The notes beneath the pieces were generated by a model. It saw only the letters and a list, made by a program, of their open reading frames with translations, was not told where the DNA came from and searched no databases. Of a stretch of DNA of 64,000 nucleotides, positions 40,254 through 51,203 are shown one piece after another; positions within the stretch are counted from its first letter, which is position 1; each line of letters starts with the position of its first letter. A program made the translations under genes and the position numbers. Origin of the DNA: Armatimonadota bacterium (GTDB lineage: Bacteria > Armatimonadota > UBA5829 > DSUL01); contig JBDHZC010000004.1 of assembly GCA_039811685.1 (NCBI GenBank), positions 224,001 to 288,000 on the forward strand, in the 5' to 3' direction.

Positions 40254-41918
40254 TCATCTCAGCGCGTCAAAATACTCTTGCACGCGTTTGCGCTCCGAAA
40301 GTGGGACGTCCTCGCGGGATAGCGCCTTCTCGGCCGCGTCCCGATACTGCGGGTAAACCTCGTAGTAGGGAACAGAAGCGCGTGCGCCGGGCTCAGGTGC
40401 GCTCTCAACCTCCACACGCTTCATCTGGCCATTTTTGTTAATCAGTGAGCTCGCCCTTGCGGGCACTTTTTGTGTCTGGGTGGCGCGCGGCGCGTAGAGC
40501 TTTGCCCAGTCTTTGTCGAGGTGACTCGCACCTGGGATGCGCCCGCCATCCCGCGCGTTGCCCGTCCCTTTTCGGCCTCTGGCTTCTCTGTCAGTTGAAC
40601 CGTATTCGTTACGGCCTGGCAACTGACCGCTGCAGATAGCGGCTGCTTCCATTTCAAGCGCTTGAATCTCCATCAGCGATCCCAACTTGTCGCCTGCTCG
40701 TTGCGCCGCGTCCAGCGCCTTCTGTGCAGCGCGCCAGTCCATGCTGTTCAGCGCTTCAACGACCTTTTTGTAGTGCTGAGCGATCTGCTGCATGTTCGCA
40801 TTCTCAAGCGCCTTTGCCAGAGCGTTGAGATACTGGCTCACGTCCTCCTGGGTTGCTGGCGACGGCTTCAGACCAAGCCTCCTGCGCATCTCTGCCAGCA
40901 GTTTGTTGGCCTCCTGAAAATCTTTCATCCCGTAGAGCTGCGCCAGCCTTTCGACCATCTCTGACGGAATCTCTATGTCCTGTCCGTTGCCGCTGCCGTG
41001 AGTCGCTCTTGGGAAGGAGCCTTTGGCCGGCATGCCTGAGCCGCTACTCAGCGTAGCCTCGTCCTTTACATGCCTGCCATCTCCGGCTGAGGTGGCCGCA
41101 GCCCTTTCGGCTCGCAGTCTGGACGCAGCTTCCTGCGCCAGATACTCTTTTGCTTCAGCGTAGCGCTGCGGAACCATTGACGCGCCGATCGCCGCATTGG
41201 CCTGCGCCAGCTTTTCGGATTTCTTCAGTAGAGAGTCTGACATTTTGTTCAGCTTTACGTGCGCGTCTGTCGGCGAAAGTCTGCCGGACTGCAGTTGCCG
41301 TCCGAGTTTGTCCAGCCGCTCTGCCAGTTGCCGATCTGCCTGTGGCTCTTTGTTGATACGGGCCGCCACCTTTCTAAGCTGTGAGCCCTGCTGGCGGATC
41401 GCGGCCTGCTCCTGCTTTTTCAGCGGAGAGTGCAGGACGGAAAGTGACGGCAGTGCGATGGCCACAATCAGAACGAGCGTTGCTGCAACCGGCAGTCGCC
41501 AGTAGCGCTGATGAACCAAAGGAATGGCCCGCGCGATATCCACGCTCTGAAGGCTTTCGAGTGCATCCCGTGCCAGAATCGTGCGTTGTGGATGCGCTGT
41601 ATTTGCTGCCCATACGGCGCTCGACAGCCGGTCCTTGAGATCAGAGTGGCGCTCAAGAGTTCGGCAAACCGCAAACTCATCCAGTCGCACGAGCAATGAA
41701 GCAAGAATTGCGGCCAACATCCCTCCCGCCGCGCCAACTATCGTTACAGTAGCGGGACTAACTTCCCATAGCAATGCCCACCATCGCCCGCCGAAGGCGA
41801 TGCCGGCAGCAGCGGCGAAGAGCCCTGCAGACAGGCCCACAAACGCCCATTTGACCGCAATCGCCGTCCGGACCCTCTTACGAAGCCGATGAATCTGTGC
41901 GCCCAACTCCCGTGCCAT
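40254..41918 (-). CDS. Membrane-anchored coiled-coil hypothetical protein
   Basis: N-terminal TMs, LKDRLSSA, long helical region, C-terminal VP..RVQEYF. Confidence 0.75.
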   Translation of the reverse strand: MARELGAQIHRLRKRVRTAIAVKWAFVGLSAGLFAAAAGIAFGGRWWALLWEVSPATVTIVGAAGGMLAAILASLLVRLDEFAVCRTLERHSDLKDRLSSAVWAANTAHPQRTILARDALESLQSVDIARAIPLVHQRYWRLPVAATLVLIVAIALPSLSVLHSPLKKQEQAAIRQQGSQLRKVAARINKEPQADRQLAERLDKLGRQLQSGRLSPTDAHVKLNKMSDSLLKKSEKLAQANAAIGASMVPQRYAEAKEYLAQEAASRLRAERAAATSAGDGRHVKDEATLSSGSGMPAKGSFPRATHGSGNGQDIEIPSEMVERLAQLYGMKDFQEANKLLAEMRRRLGLKPSPATQEDVSQYLNALAKALENANMQQIAQHYKKVVEALNSMDWRAAQKALDAAQRAGDKLGSLMEIQALEMEAAAICSGQLPGRNEYGSTDREARGRKGTGNARDGGRIPGASHLDKDWAKLYAPRATQTQKVPARASSLINKNGQMKRVEVESAPEPGARASVPYYEVYPQYRDAAEKALSREDVPLSERKRVQEYFDALR

Positions 41919-41922
41919 TTCT

Positions 41923-43545
41923 CTACTCTACCACAGCTTCTCTGGATGCGTATGGTTCTTCAGTACCGGTCAAGTCGCCTCGAGAGTTGGATTCACGCTG
42001 TGATCTCGTCAGCGCTCGGGCGGCTACAAACAAGAAGAGCAACGTAGCCGCGAGATTGGTGATGATCGCCGCGAGGGACAGAGACGGCGCGGCCGCTGAC
42101 AGACGACCGCCGTCCCTTGCCCAGGCCACAAAAGGTAGCAGCGGCAACGCGCGTGAAATTATGCTGCCGGCCAGGATTTTTGACTGGCTGGGTGACAAGA
42201 ACGTGACCACGAGTGAACTCGTCACGGACCAGAAAATCGCTACCGAGAAAAAGCATACGAGACGCGAGAAGACGACTCTCCTGGTCAACGAATAGACCAT
42301 AATTCCAAGCGCGGCGCTTGCTGCCGCCTGACTCAGCGTCACCCACGTCAACTGGAGAGCCTGTGTCAGATTATCTGCCACCCTGCCACTTCTGGTGGCT
42401 CCAATACAGCAAATCACGCACATTACTGCAGCCCACACGAGACTGAACCAGAACCCACCGGCGCATTGTGAATGAAACCAGCTCTTTGGACTCCGGAGAG
42501 TCTGGCTCAACGAAGAAAGCAAATCGCTTCCACGTCCGATCCGGGCTGCGATGCTGAACTGAGGCGCGGTCAGGACTGCCAGAGAGCTCACCAGGATAAA
42601 CCATTTGGAAACGTCCCCATTTGTAACGCCAGTGGTACGAGGGTCTCTGAGTGTCATTAGCGCAGGAAAGGCGCAAACCGTGAGGAGTGTAAACAGGATG
42701 CGGACACGAGGGGCGCGGTCTTCATTGAAGTTGGGGATGTTGGCTGTGGCTATAGCCGCCAGCAGCCACGCGAGAAGTCCGCTGATTACGCCCGTTAGCA
42801 CCACAGCATGCACGCGCACACCCAGTATTTTTGTGGTCGCATCGGACGGCCCAAAAATGCCAGTTGCCCACCCTGGGAGAATACCCATCCACGCCGGGTT
42901 GGGGGACGCAGAGTACAGCCATCCGGTCCAACCCGATGCAATGAGAGAAGCCGTCAGATTCGGAATTGCGGAATAGGCCACGGCGAATAAATATGCGGCT
43001 ATCGCTGCAAGAAAGCTTTTCCTGAAAAGGGAAGATGCGAGTACTCCTGCAGCAGCCAGAACGATGCCGTACGCATACAGTCCAACGTAGCGCGCAACCA
43101 CTTCGCCAGGAGATACCCCGCCAAAAACAAGGCATAGCATCGAAAGCGGAAAACTGCTCAACAAAAGCAGGCTCAGCAGCAGTATAGCGGGTAACAGCTT
43201 TCCAAAAACGATCTCTTTCGGCCTTAAGAGAGTGGATACGAGCAATTCCATCGTCTGTTGCTCGTGCTCGATTGTCAGGACCCACGAAGTCAGCCCTGGC
43301 GTGACTACGGCGATTAGGCATGCCTGGCAGAAAAACAGAATCGCCAGAAGTTCCTGTCCTGAACTCTGAATCGTTTCGTAGAGCGCCGGGCGCTGTGATC
43401 TGACGCCGTATGCGAGGAGCATGACGAGCGAGAGAATGAGGACATAGCAAAACAGCAGGAGGTAGCTGCGTGAACCTCGCGCGCGCATTCGCATCTCGCG
43501 AACGGCAATGGGGTTGTCCAGTCTCCAACTGCCGACCACGCTCAT
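41923..43545 (-). CDS. ABC-2 type transporter permease
   Basis: NPIAVREMR, EHEQQTMELL, IVFGKL, many TMs. Confidence 0.85.
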   Translation of the reverse strand: MSVVGSWRLDNPIAVREMRMRARGSRSYLLLFCYVLILSLVMLLAYGVRSQRPALYETIQSSGQELLAILFFCQACLIAVVTPGLTSWVLTIEHEQQTMELLVSTLLRPKEIVFGKLLPAILLLSLLLLSSFPLSMLCLVFGGVSPGEVVARYVGLYAYGIVLAAAGVLASSLFRKSFLAAIAAYLFAVAYSAIPNLTASLIASGWTGWLYSASPNPAWMGILPGWATGIFGPSDATTKILGVRVHAVVLTGVISGLLAWLLAAIATANIPNFNEDRAPRVRILFTLLTVCAFPALMTLRDPRTTGVTNGDVSKWFILVSSLAVLTAPQFSIAARIGRGSDLLSSLSQTLRSPKSWFHSQCAGGFWFSLVWAAVMCVICCIGATRSGRVADNLTQALQLTWVTLSQAAASAALGIMVYSLTRRVVFSRLVCFFSVAIFWSVTSSLVVTFLSPSQSKILAGSIISRALPLLPFVAWARDGGRLSAAAPSLSLAAIITNLAATLLFLFVAARALTRSQRESNSRGDLTGTEEPYASREAVVE

Positions 43546-44483
43546 TGCACAATTCCCTTCGTAAGTCGCATGAAGGCATCTTCCAGGTTCATTTCCGCCG
43601 GGGAGAAGGACAGCACTCGGAATCCCGCTTGCACCAGACGCTTTACAATTTCGTGCTCTGAGTCCTGCGGACCAGTGTAGGTGACAATCAGGCGTCCGTC
43701 CTGTGCGGCAGCGCTGGCTACTCCCGGCATTTCGGCAATCTCTGCGAGCGCTTCCTCCTGACGCTCCAGAACGCGAATATGAATCTTCCGTCCCTCCTGG
43801 AGTGCGGCTGTAATATCGCGCACAGGGCCCGCGACGATGAGACGGCCGGCCTCAATCACAGCAATTTTGTTGCAGAAGTCAGCGAGCTCAGGGAGAATAT
43901 GGCTTGAGACCAGAATCGTCTTCCCCATCTCCCGCAGGTCCTTGATAATCTCTTTGAATTCGACCCTCGCTCTGGGGTCCAGTCCGCTGGCGGGTTCGTC
44001 GAGGATGAGGAGCTCCGGATTGTGAAGCAGCGTCTTGGCCAGACACAACCGTTGTTTCATTCCTCTGGAGAGGCTTTCAACGTAAGAGTCTCGCTTTGGC
44101 GCGAGGTCTGTAATTTCAAGCACATCTCTGGACGCCTGAGCGCGCTCAGCAGGAGGCAGACGGTAGGCCGACGCAAAAAAGTCCAGATACTCCCAGACCT
44201 TCAGGTCATCATAAACTCCAAAGAAGTCTGGCATATATCCAATCATTTTGCGGATCTGATACGGGTCTTCCAGAACGTCCACACCGCACACCCGGACTGT
44301 GCCTTCAGTCGCATCAAGCAGAGTTGCGGCAATCTTAATCGTCGTCGTTTTCCCGGCGCCGTTTGGGCCGACGAAGCCCAGCACATCCCCGCGCTGCAGA
44401 GTGAGCGACAGATGCTCCACCGCGCTCAATGCGCCGTAGGTTTTGGTCAGATTGTCAACTTCCAGCACAGGTGATCTGGCCAA
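43542..44483 (-). CDS. ABC transporter ATP-binding protein
   Basis: GPNGAGKTT, LSRGMKQR, LDEP, SSH. TTG start is estimated. Confidence 0.93.
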   Translation of the reverse strand: MARSPVLEVDNLTKTYGALSAVEHLSLTLQRGDVLGFVGPNGAGKTTTIKIAATLLDATEGTVRVCGVDVLEDPYQIRKMIGYMPDFFGVYDDLKVWEYLDFFASAYRLPPAERAQASRDVLEITDLAPKRDSYVESLSRGMKQRLCLAKTLLHNPELLILDEPASGLDPRARVEFKEIIKDLREMGKTILVSSHILPELADFCNKIAVIEAGRLIVAGPVRDITAALQEGRKIHIRVLERQEEALAEIAEMPGVASAAAQDGRLIVTYTGPQDSEHEIVKRLVQAGFRVLSFSPAEMNLEDAFMRLTKGIVQ

Positions 44484-44485
44484 CG

Positions 44486-46783
44486 CTAGTACCTCAGGGT
44501 GATCTCCGGTGGTCTGATCCGGGAATGAGCCGCCAAGTTTGCCTTGACAAGGATATCGTGCGTTGCAGAGACGGCGGCCTGCGGCAGTAGTCTCTGCAAT
44601 GATGCACCGGCGGCAGGTACAGGCTGCCACCCGCCCGCCTGCCAGTCCCAGTAGCTCAGCCGCGGCGCCGGTCCAATCTCGGGCTTGGCTCTAAGTTCTA
44701 TCTCTTTAGCTTTCAAATCAGTCCAGATATCTCCCACCCGAAACTGCCAGATGCCTGCCGAGATGGTCGAAAACGCAGTGACGGTGCGGGGGGAGGCCTC
44801 TTCAGGTGTCAGGTCTCGCGCCCAGCTCAAACGCCCTGGCCGCACCAGAGTACTTTGCCCGCTCGCAACATCAATGCTGGTTGTCATCACGTACACCGAG
44901 AATGCTTCCGCCTTCCGCGCCGGAGGGTCACACGCGACAGGAACTGCCGGATTCGGGCTGAGAGCTGTAATAGTCAGCGAGCTCAGGTCGCCGGGTGTGG
45001 CATCGCGTATTTGATCGAAAACTATCCCGCCGACCTCTTGCGACCACGACTGCGACGTACTCGAACGCACCACACGAGAGTTGTCCATCGCCATTGTCTC
45101 TCCCCGCTTGATGCTCTTGATCTGCCGCAAGTCATTCCCACAGTAGAGGCGTATGTCAACGAGCTTGGATTGGCTGATGTTGGTGACAGTACCGCGCAGC
45201 TTCCCCCCTGCGTCCAGGCGCAAGTCTATTTTCAGGGGCGTCTTGAGCCGCCGTGTGCCTGAGAGGCCGTAGTAGTTGATCGTCCACTGACGCGCATGGA
45301 TGCTCCTCTTCGAGATGCTGCTTTCGTCTGTGACGTCCATGAAGACATCCTCACGCTCTGAGTCATCCTCAGGGGAGAAAGGGGACGGCAGCCACCAGGA
45401 CTGGCCGCGTGGGACACTCAGAGTGTACGTCCTTGTCGCTGGAGTCAGCAGATTCCCTATGACGTCATCTCGCCATCGCTCCTCTCCTGGCCGGCCATAC
45501 AGAATCGCTATTTGGCGCTGGGTAAGCAAACGCCCGTACACTCTGGCCCCGATTCCCCACGCTACTGCGGTGAAAATCAGAACCACGGCGGGAGTTGTCA
45601 ACCAGAGCAACTGCTTCCGGTCCAGCCTGTTCAGAACAAGGAAGTTTCCGGCTGTCACTACCAGAAGGTAAGCGAGGAGAAACGATCCGACAATGTCGAG
45701 GCCAGGCAATCGGATCTTTGCGCTTTCGGCCAGATGTCTTGTTACAGGGACCGTGTCAATTCGCGGGGCGTCGTACGGGGCGTAACAGACGGACAGCACC
45801 TGCTCGAGTAACTCTTCATAGCTACCCCACTGTTGCAGGGCGGCGCTTGTCGGGTCCACAGACAGGAAGAAGACAGATCCTGCGCCGTAGGGTCTGCCTG
45901 TCAGGACTGGAGTGTCGCCCCACCGCAGGAAAACGCGTGCGTCTGTCTTTGGGCGCCCTTCTGCGTAGAAGATGGGAGTACCTGAGCCCGGAAGTGTCAC
46001 TGATGAGGCCCTCTCGACGGTGACGGGGAGAATATTCCGGAAGAACTCAGCGTCAAACCGCCCAATATCCGGAGCGGCCGTAACAAGTACCACTCCTCCA
46101 GCAGCCGCATAGTCCTCGACAACCCGCAACGTCTGAGGAGAAGCCGATCTCGGGCTGAATCCTGTTAGCAGGAGACAGCCGGCGGGTCCATAGTAGCCCA
46201 CAGTATCAGAAGCCTGAGCCGAATCTTCAATTCTGTCAAGCGCTGCGACTTCCAGACCTTGTATGTCCGGCATTGGTGGGTATTCTATTGGCACGCCAAT
46301 CTCGTTGAAACCAGGAGGCGGCGCGGGAGGCCTTCCAAAAAAGCTCAAACCCATGGGGATGCTCAACCTGCCTGATGACTCACCGATGGCGCACAGGACA
46401 GTCTGGCTACTCTCTGGTTCGGTCCACTTTGCTTTGGTGCTACCTTTTGTGGAACCGTTGCTGTCTCGCAACAAAATGTCGCACAGGTCAGGCCATGCTC
46501 CGACGGAATGGCACACTGCAAAGTAGACGGAGCGCCCCCTGGCGCTTACGGAGACAGGTATCTCTGTGCGGCTCGGTTCCCGGCGACCCTGGGTGCTGAG
46601 TATGAGCCTTCCTCGAAAGGCCTCGCCGGAGTTTGTCACGGTGATACGCAAGGGGACAGGTGCGCCACTCAGCGCATAGCCGCCAATCCCTGCTTTTGCC
46701 TCCAGCGTCACCTTTGCGCAGGCCGGCCCGGTCAAGAGCGCCGCAGACAGCGCTAAGGCCCCCAGCCAGATCGAATTTCTCAT
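44486..46783 (-). CDS. Exported/membrane hypothetical protein with GATase-like domain
   Basis: Signal peptide, AAAGGVVLV, YGAGSVFF, two central TMs; first gene of the MoxR operon. Confidence 0.75.
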   Translation of the reverse strand: MRNSIWLGALALSAALLTGPACAKVTLEAKAGIGGYALSGAPVPLRITVTNSGEAFRGRLILSTQGRREPSRTEIPVSVSARGRSVYFAVCHSVGAWPDLCDILLRDSNGSTKGSTKAKWTEPESSQTVLCAIGESSGRLSIPMGLSFFGRPPAPPPGFNEIGVPIEYPPMPDIQGLEVAALDRIEDSAQASDTVGYYGPAGCLLLTGFSPRSASPQTLRVVEDYAAAGGVVLVTAAPDIGRFDAEFFRNILPVTVERASSVTLPGSGTPIFYAEGRPKTDARVFLRWGDTPVLTGRPYGAGSVFFLSVDPTSAALQQWGSYEELLEQVLSVCYAPYDAPRIDTVPVTRHLAESAKIRLPGLDIVGSFLLAYLLVVTAGNFLVLNRLDRKQLLWLTTPAVVLIFTAVAWGIGARVYGRLLTQRQIAILYGRPGEERWRDDVIGNLLTPATRTYTLSVPRGQSWWLPSPFSPEDDSEREDVFMDVTDESSISKRSIHARQWTINYYGLSGTRRLKTPLKIDLRLDAGGKLRGTVTNISQSKLVDIRLYCGNDLRQIKSIKRGETMAMDNSRVVRSSTSQSWSQEVGGIVFDQIRDATPGDLSSLTITALSPNPAVPVACDPPARKAEAFSVYVMTTSIDVASGQSTLVRPGRLSWARDLTPEEASPRTVTAFSTISAGIWQFRVGDIWTDLKAKEIELRAKPEIGPAPRLSYWDWQAGGWQPVPAAGASLQRLLPQAAVSATHDILVKANLAAHSRIRPPEITLRY

Positions 46784-46997
46784 CAGGCAGCCATTCTACC
46801 ACACCGCGTACAGCTCATTTGCGCAGGCAGTCTCCTGGAAGGCGCCTTGAGTGTGGGATGACTGTCACTCTGCCGCCTCTGCGACGCCGCACTTACCGGG
46901 CGTTGCTGTCAAAGTGAAGCCTGCAACAGCGCCGGGCGGTCAGGTGTTAGACGCAGCTTTCCGCCGCGCCAGTTCCCTGTTCTGCCAGGTCTGCCGG

Positions 46998-47852
46998 CTA
47001 GCCTGCGCTGTGTTTGCGGCTCGTGGCGCGCCCGTTGCTGTCCGTGAGGGCTTCAATCAGAACTTCGAAAGCGTGCTCGGGGCTGTCGCTGTAGGTTATC
47101 AGGTCCAGGTCTTCAGGGCTGATGGTTCCCCATTTGACCAGAGCTTCGAAGTTGACCACTTCTTTCCAGTACTCACTGCCATACATGATCACGGGCAGTC
47201 TGCGCCGGATTTTGCGCGTCTGGAGCAGCGTTAGCAGATCCATCAGCTCATCCAGCGTGCCGAAGCCTCCGGGAAAGATACACAGGCCACGGGACATGTA
47301 CACAAACCAGTACTTGCGCATAAAGAAGTAGTGAAACTCCATAGCAAGTTTGTCCGTAATATAGGAGTTGCACTGCTCTTCAAAGGGCAGGCTGATGCCA
47401 AGTCCAATCGTTTTTCCGCCAGCCTCGGCCGCGCCGCGGTTAGCCGCTTCCATAATCCCAGGTCCGCCGCCGGAGCAGACAAGGAAGCGATTCCAGGAGC
47501 CTTTGAGCGACAATGCCCACTCGGTGATCATGTATGCGAGCTTGCGAGCGTCTTCATAGTAGTGAGACATCTTGAAGTCGGCTTCAGCCCGGCGAAGCTG
47601 CATTTGATGCAGCACGCTGTCGGGATTCTTGAGAAGCCGCATTTCAGCCCGCTGAAGTTCGCGCTCCGCAATGTCAGGCTGCATAGTGCGGGCGGACCCG
47701 TAAAATACGACAGTGTCTTTGACCTTCTCTTCCCGGAATCTGTGGAGGGGCCCGAAGTACTCTGAGAGAATTCGCACCGCGCGCGCATCCGGACTGGCTA
47801 GAAACTCGAGATCGAGATAAGCCCTTTGAGCTTTGGATTTGTGGTCTGCCAT
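46998..47852 (-). CDS. LOG family nucleotide phosphoribohydrolase
   Basis: YGSAR, GGGPGIMEAAN, FFMRK, PGGFGTLDE. Confidence 0.92.
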   Translation of the reverse strand: MADHKSKAQRAYLDLEFLASPDARAVRILSEYFGPLHRFREEKVKDTVVFYGSARTMQPDIAERELQRAEMRLLKNPDSVLHQMQLRRAEADFKMSHYYEDARKLAYMITEWALSLKGSWNRFLVCSGGGPGIMEAANRGAAEAGGKTIGLGISLPFEEQCNSYITDKLAMEFHYFFMRKYWFVYMSRGLCIFPGGFGTLDELMDLLTLLQTRKIRRRLPVIMYGSEYWKEVVNFEALVKWGTISPEDLDLITYSDSPEHAFEVLIEALTDSNGRATSRKHSAG

Positions 47853-48220
47853 AGAGTGATTATTGGTGTTTCAGGGAGTGAATTTGCACGTTGTGCCCGT
47901 ATAGTGACGCAAGGAAGCGTCTGTTGCGCCTGTGTTGTGTGACGTGTAACGCCGACAGTCGCAGTATACTACCGGAGCGGTCGTTGAGGCCGCAACAGCA
48001 CACGTTGGGCGGTACCGTCCTGGTTAGTGCCGTCTCCTGCGATCCGGCAGGTGTTTCAGTGAGGGGCGCAGAATAGGGCTGTGTTGTCTGAGACCTCCAA
48101 AACACAGGGCGCTTTCAGCTTATGTGCGCAATAACCCTAAACGGGCTGTGCCCTGACCGCCGATAATACTCGAAGAACGGCCGATTGCCCTGAAGGCTGG
48201 CCAGGATTGGGAGAAGTAAA

Positions 48221-48490
48221 ATGTCTCAGGCCGCACAGGCTCGCAAGGCAGAGTCCGTACAGTCATTTGCTCAGAACGTCAAGGAACCGGAAGCTCTCGC
48301 GCATATGCAGGATTTGCGAAAATCTATCGTCCGTAGTAATCGTCTGTGGCTGCTGGCATTTGTTGCCGTGTTGGCCGCCAGTTTCTTCCTTATGTGGTTC
48401 TTTGGCAGGCAGGATCGGATGATGGAGAAGCGGGACACAGAGCGCATGACCTCTCCCGGGACTTCACAGAGCGCTCCTTCCAGTCGCTGA
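48221..48490 (+). CDS. Small single-TM hypothetical protein
   Basis: GGAG RBS, one hydrophobic helix. Confidence 0.6.
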   Translation: MSQAAQARKAESVQSFAQNVKEPEALAHMQDLRKSIVRSNRLWLLAFVAVLAASFFLMWFFGRQDRMMEKRDTERMTSPGTSQSAPSSR

Positions 48491-48804
48491 CTCTTGCGCC
48501 AGGCCAATGGCACAGCTCTTTCAGGGCTGCGCTTCCTCTCTGCCTCACCTGTTTTTCGTCAGATTCATTGCGCAGGCCGGGCGTCCTCGCGCCGGCTAAT
48601 CGCAGGCGTTTGCTCTGCGCTCCTGTTTCGTCACACTTCCTGATCGGCATCCAGTCCGCCTTGACATCCCCTCTGAAAACACTTACAGTACGACCGCCTG
48701 ATATTTTGTGAAAGAGGGCCCTTGCTTGTCTTTGCGATACCCAGTCTTTCAGTCCTGGTCAAGAGTTCGTCGAGGCAAAAGGGCCACCAGAGCGGACTTG
48801 CCAA

Positions 48805-49629
48805 ATGAAAACCTGTTTCAACACTGTCACCTGCGGGGCGGATAAACCGCTTGAGCAGACAATCGACTATGTGGGCGCGTGTGGATATGACGGCATCGAG
48901 GTAGAGGCCGGGCGCATTGATGACTATCTCACCCGGCACTCACTCGAAGACCTCAAGCGTCATCTTGACAGAAACAACCTTGCTGTCGCCGCTATTATGG
49001 CCTTCCCGTTTTTCGCCTTCAATCTCGCTGAGCAGAACAACCATATCCAGCGAGTCCAACATTACGCCAGGATCGCTTCTGATCTTGGGTCTGACACCCT
49101 CCTGTGTTTCATCTGCGACGCGCCGCCCTCAGGTACGGGCATAGCCCACGCACTTGAAATCGCGGGCCGCTCAGCGCAGCGCTACGGAGAGGCTTCGGCT
49201 TGTTTTGGCGTTAAGTGCGCCATAGAGCCCATCGGTGGGTCCAGCTTCATCCCTGGTCCCCGGCAGGCTCTGGCGGTTGCAGGCGCTTCGGGCAGTGATT
49301 CTGTCGGAATAATGATGGACACCTTCCACTACTACAAGTCCGCAGTCCCAATCGAAGACATTCGCGCCATCCCCCAGAGCCAACTCCTTATCGTCCATGT
49401 GAATGATTGCCCGGACATACCCGCAGCGGACCTCAACGACGGGCACCGCATCCACCCTGGTCACGGGGTCATCCCGCTCGTTCAACAGTTCCGCATTCTG
49501 AAAAGCGATATTGGCTACGACGGTTTTCTCAGTATTGAGATATTCAACGAGAAGTACTGGCAGGAAGATCACGAAAAAGTGATCCGCGACGCGAAAGACG
49601 CGCTGGATCGCGTGCTGGCGCAGGTGTAG
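48805..49629 (+). CDS. Sugar phosphate isomerase/epimerase (IolI-like)
   Basis: GYDGIE, AIEP, DTFH, HVNDC, SIEIF. Confidence 0.88.
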   Translation: MKTCFNTVTCGADKPLEQTIDYVGACGYDGIEVEAGRIDDYLTRHSLEDLKRHLDRNNLAVAAIMAFPFFAFNLAEQNNHIQRVQHYARIASDLGSDTLLCFICDAPPSGTGIAHALEIAGRSAQRYGEASACFGVKCAIEPIGGSSFIPGPRQALAVAGASGSDSVGIMMDTFHYYKSAVPIEDIRAIPQSQLLIVHVNDCPDIPAADLNDGHRIHPGHGVIPLVQQFRILKSDIGYDGFLSIEIFNEKYWQEDHEKVIRDAKDALDRVLAQV

Positions 49630-49632
49630 CCA

Positions 49633-50721
49633 TTGGGGGATCCCTTGAACTCCACGAAGGATAACAACTCCCGCCTGAGAATTGGTTTTGTCGGCGCCGG
49701 GGCAATGGGGCAGACCGCTCATCTTCAGAACTTTGCTCTCATCCCCGACTGTGAGATTGTCGCCCTGGCAGAAGGACGCAGGAAGACTGCTGAGATGGTG
49801 GCCGCCCGCTATGCAATTCCCGCTGTGTACCCGGACCACAGGGCCATGCTGGCGGAGGCAGACATTGATGCCGTTGTCGCCATTGTCCCTTACGCTCTGC
49901 ACCCTTCAATCGTCCCTGACATCCTGAACGCCGGCAAGCATCTGCTTACTGAAAAACCCATCTGTCTGCGCCTGGACAATGCCCGGCGCCTGGCCTCACT
50001 GGCTGAGGAGAAGAAGCTGATTTACATGGTGGGCAACATGAAGCGTGCGCTTCCAGCATCTGTAGAGGCCCGGCGCAGGATTGAGGAGTGGAAGCTGTCC
50101 GGAGCTATAGGCAGAATGAACTACGTCCGCGCCAGTATGCCTCCGGGAGACTGGGTTTTCGGTGTGCAGTGGCGCGCCAGCGCGGGAGATAATGCGCCTG
50201 CCTATCCCGGAGAAACCTCTGAGAGCCCACCGGAGTGGATGGGGGAGCTTGGAGAAAAATACAACGCGTTCGTCAACTACTTCATTCACCAGGTCAACAT
50301 GATCCGCTATCTGATTGGTGAGGACTACCACGTCGTCTTTGTGGACAAATCCGAGGCCGTCATGCTCTCGGAGTCCGACAGCGGTGTCACCATTGCGCTG
50401 GAGATGAAAGGGCACGGCCTCCACAAGAGCTGGGAGGAGTACTACATGGTGTCCTTTGAGAGTGGACGCGTAGATCTCTCACTCCCGGCGCCAATGGCAC
50501 AACAAAACGGCGGCGACGTGCGCTTCTATATCGCTTCGGAAGGCAATCCGCGCTGGGAGCGGCCTGTAATTGATCCAGTGTGGAGCATGCTGGCACAGGC
50601 CCGGCATTTTGTAAGTTGCGTCCGGCAAAGTAAGCAGAGCTGCAACCCAGCCTCTGAAGCGCTCAAAGACCTCGAAGTTGCGGAGCAGTATATAAGAGCG
50701 CTCAGCTCATCTCTGAGGTAG
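49633..50721 (+). CDS. Gfo/Idh/MocA family oxidoreductase
   Basis: IGFVGAGAMG, GKHLLTEKP. Confidence 0.9.
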   Translation: MGDPLNSTKDNNSRLRIGFVGAGAMGQTAHLQNFALIPDCEIVALAEGRRKTAEMVAARYAIPAVYPDHRAMLAEADIDAVVAIVPYALHPSIVPDILNAGKHLLTEKPICLRLDNARRLASLAEEKKLIYMVGNMKRALPASVEARRRIEEWKLSGAIGRMNYVRASMPPGDWVFGVQWRASAGDNAPAYPGETSESPPEWMGELGEKYNAFVNYFIHQVNMIRYLIGEDYHVVFVDKSEAVMLSESDSGVTIALEMKGHGLHKSWEEYYMVSFESGRVDLSLPAPMAQQNGGDVRFYIASEGNPRWERPVIDPVWSMLAQARHFVSCVRQSKQSCNPASEALKDLEVAEQYIRALSSSLR

Positions 50722-50806
50722 AGAATCTTGCGTCTGACCCTTTCAGAATCGAGAGAGGAGTTGCTTGGTCGCTGGTCTGCGTATGGACGAGCTGCTAGAG
50801 TTAGTG

Positions 50807-51049
50807 TCAGGCGCTGTCTTTGTGGCAGGTTCTTCGGATAACTTTGCTCCAGACGTCACTGGTAACGTGGCGCGGAGCCAGAAGATAGAGGCACAGCCCT
50901 TCTCGCGTTGGGGAGAGAAGCTCAAGGATACGGCGATCAGTCGCGGGACGCAGCGGCGCAGTCTCAGGGGATGAATGAGGGATCAGCTCTGTCTGAGCCG
51001 TCGCTTGCGCATCACTTTGAATGTGTTCGTCTACGTTGAAGTCGGCCAT
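50807..51049 (-). CDS. Possible small hypothetical protein (80 aa)
   Basis: GAGAGG RBS before ATG at 51049 (MADFNVDEH); no family recognised. Confidence 0.4.
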   Translation of the reverse strand: MADFNVDEHIQSDAQATAQTELIPHSSPETAPLRPATDRRILELLSPTREGLCLYLLAPRHVTSDVWSKVIRRTCHKDSA

Positions 51050-51167
51050 TGTGAGCCTCTCGCTCGTTGTCCGTACCCAACAACTGCAAAGGGAAGCTGT
51101 CTTGTCGGTCAACAGATAGCAGACTGCGTGGCGATAGGCGGTGTTCCGGCTTACGTCGAGAATTCGC

Positions 51168-51203
51168 AAAAAAAGCCGGCGCACACGGATCGCGCGCCAG
51201 CTT
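51168..51203 (-). terminator. Intrinsic terminator
   Basis: Minus strand AGCTGGCGCGCG-ATC-CGTGTGCGCCGGCT followed by a T run. Confidence 0.8.

Noticed and set aside
48508..48523. Sigma54-like TGGCAC-N5-TTTCA
   Set aside because: The invariant -12 GC is missing.
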